The notes below the pieces were generated by a model. The model searched no databases, was not told the origin of the DNA, and saw only the letters and a list, made by a program, of their open reading frames with translations. This document shows, in pieces, positions 37,437 to 38,671 of a stretch of 38,671 bases of DNA (position 1 is its first letter; every line of letters starts with the position of its first letter). The stretch lies in IMG/VR virus record IMGVR_UViG_3300045285_000018, positions 1 through 38,671 of that record; one strand, written 5' to 3'. Origin of the DNA: a virus. Lineage: Duplodnaviria; Caudoviricetes. The translations under genes were made by a program, and so were the position numbers.

Positions 37437-37888
37437 TTACCTGCCACGTCGAAAGCTTCGAAGACCGCCTGGAAGAACTCCAGGCTTTGCTGCCTCTGCA
37501 CTACAAGGAACTGGCCCTGAACCAGGAACAGGTGCCGCTGTCGCCGCAATACCAGGTGTACATCGAGCGCGAGCGCGGCGGCGGCCTGCTGTTCGTCACG
37601 CTGCGCGATGCTGGCGAACTGGTCGGCTACTTCATCGGCTTTATCGCCCCCGGCCTGCATTACAGCACCTGCCTGACGTGCACGATGGACATTTTCTATG
37701 TCAGGGCCGACAAGCGCGCCGGCAGCGCTGGCGTGCGCATGTTCCGGTTCGTGGAAGCCGAACTGCGCCGGCGCGGCGTGCAGCGGTGGTTCATGGGTTC
37801 CAAGATTCACGCCGACGCCAGCGCGCTGTTCAAGCGCATCGGCGCGGCGCCCGTAGAAACGTATTACAGCAAATGGCTGGGGGAATGA
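37433..37888 (+). CDS. GNAT-family acyltransferase (position of P22 gp14 / T7 gp13)
   Basis: ELVGY, DIFYVRADKRAGSAGVRMFRFVE and LFKRIG. Confidence 0.8.
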   Translation: MITCHVESFEDRLEELQALLPLHYKELALNQEQVPLSPQYQVYIERERGGGLLFVTLRDAGELVGYFIGFIAPGLHYSTCLTCTMDIFYVRADKRAGSAGVRMFRFVEAELRRRGVQRWFMGSKIHADASALFKRIGAAPVETYYSKWLGE

Positions 37889-38671
37889 TGAAAAAGCACC
37901 TTCGTGGGGAACGAAAACAGGACGCGCTGCTGGATGGCGCGTTTCGGCATTGTGGCGTGGCCGCGGCGATCGTCGGCGGGGCCATCATCGGCGGCGTGGC
38001 ATCGAATGCGACAGCTGGAAAGGGCGCCAAGGCGGCGGACAAGGCTTCCGATCTGTCGAACCAGCAGTATCAGCAGAACCGCACCGACCAGCTGGCGCAG
38101 CTTGCCCAGCAGCGCGCCGATTCCGCGCAGTACCGGGAAGCCGGTTATGGTGCGCTGGCGCAGCTTGCTGGTGGCACGGCACCGGGCGGTGAGTTCAACC
38201 GCAATTTCACCATGGCCGACTACCAGCAAGACCCTGGCATGCAGTTCCGCCTTGATCAGGGCGAACAAGGCATCAACCGAGCGGCTACGGCCAGCGGCGC
38301 GCGCTATTCCGGCGCCACCCTGAAGGCGCTGGCGCGCTTCAACAGCGGGCTGGCATCACAGGAATACGGCGCAGCCTACAACCGCTTCAAGAGCGACACG
38401 GGCGACCGCTTCAATCGCCTGTCAGGCCTTGCCGGCACCGGCCAGGCCGCCGTCAACCAGACGAGCCAGGCCGGCCAGAACGCCTTTAACGCAATCGGCA
38501 GCGCCGGCATGCAGAACGCCGCCAACATGGGCAATGCAGCACAAAACGCCGCCGCGGCACGCGCATCTGGCTATGTCGGCATGGCGAATGCCTTCAACAC
38601 CGGGCTGGGCCAGTACGCGAACAACCAGCAGCAGCAGCAATACCTGAACCAGATGAATGGCGGCATGAGCT
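37885..38671 (+). CDS. DNA ejection protein, P22 gp7-like, 5' part (continues at 1-210; 289 aa in total)
   Basis: Missing from the ORF track. ATG at 37885 overlaps the upstream stop. MMKKHLRGERKQDALLDGAFRHCGVAAAIVGGAIIGG..., DPGMQFRLDQG, SGATLKAL; rich in Gly/Ala/Gln/Asn; follows a GNAT and precedes two larger ejection-like genes. Confidence 0.8.
   Translation, partial: MMKKHLRGERKQDALLDGAFRHCGVAAAIVGGAIIGGVASNATAGKGAKAADKASDLSNQQYQQNRTDQLAQLAQQRADSAQYREAGYGALAQLAGGTAPGGEFNRNFTMADYQQDPGMQFRLDQGEQGINRAATASGARYSGATLKALARFNSGLASQEYGAAYNRFKSDTGDRFNRLSGLAGTGQAAVNQTSQAGQNAFNAIGSAGMQNAANMGNAAQNAAAARASGYVGMANAFNTGLGQYANNQQQQQYLNQMNGGMS
38545..38671. repeat. Exact terminal overlap (copy 2)
   Basis: Identical to 1-127. 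Confidence 0.95.

Noticed and set aside
38545-38671. 127-bp terminal repeat as a biological direct terminal repeat
   Set aside because: It falls mid-gene and equals a common assembly k-mer length; best explained as circular contig overlap.

Overview
The window is an apparently complete, circular ~38.5-kb phage genome: bases 1-127 repeat exactly at 38545-38671, giving 38,544 unique bp. It is a P22-like short-tailed phage. The + strand morphogenesis operon runs across the contig join: TerS, TerL, GNAT, portal, scaffold, coat, gp4-like adaptor, AspH-like hydroxylase, GNAT, three ejection proteins, gp10-like hub, needle/fibre, tailspike and lysis genes. A leftward early operon carries a PD-(D/E)XK nuclease, RecT, a Rad50/SbcC-like ATPase, an HNH and a DnaQ-like exonuclease. 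A rightward early/middle operon carries an HTH, NinB-like, Ref, RusA, replication genes, two DNA methyltransferases and an anti-defence cluster with Acb2-like and Tad2 (DUF2829)-like genes. I found no integrase, CI-type repressor, helicase, primase or polymerase. Most notable: (1) a ~460-bp highly structured non-coding region (C4/CI-like cloverleaf plus a second G-tract domain) upstream of a replication-initiator-like protein that seems to lack its DNA-binding N-terminus; (2) a hydroxylase + GNAT pair coupled to a leader-Cys ejection protein; (3) uncharacterised small genes among nucleotide-sponge anti-defence genes. Family assignments come from motif recognition by eye, not database searches.
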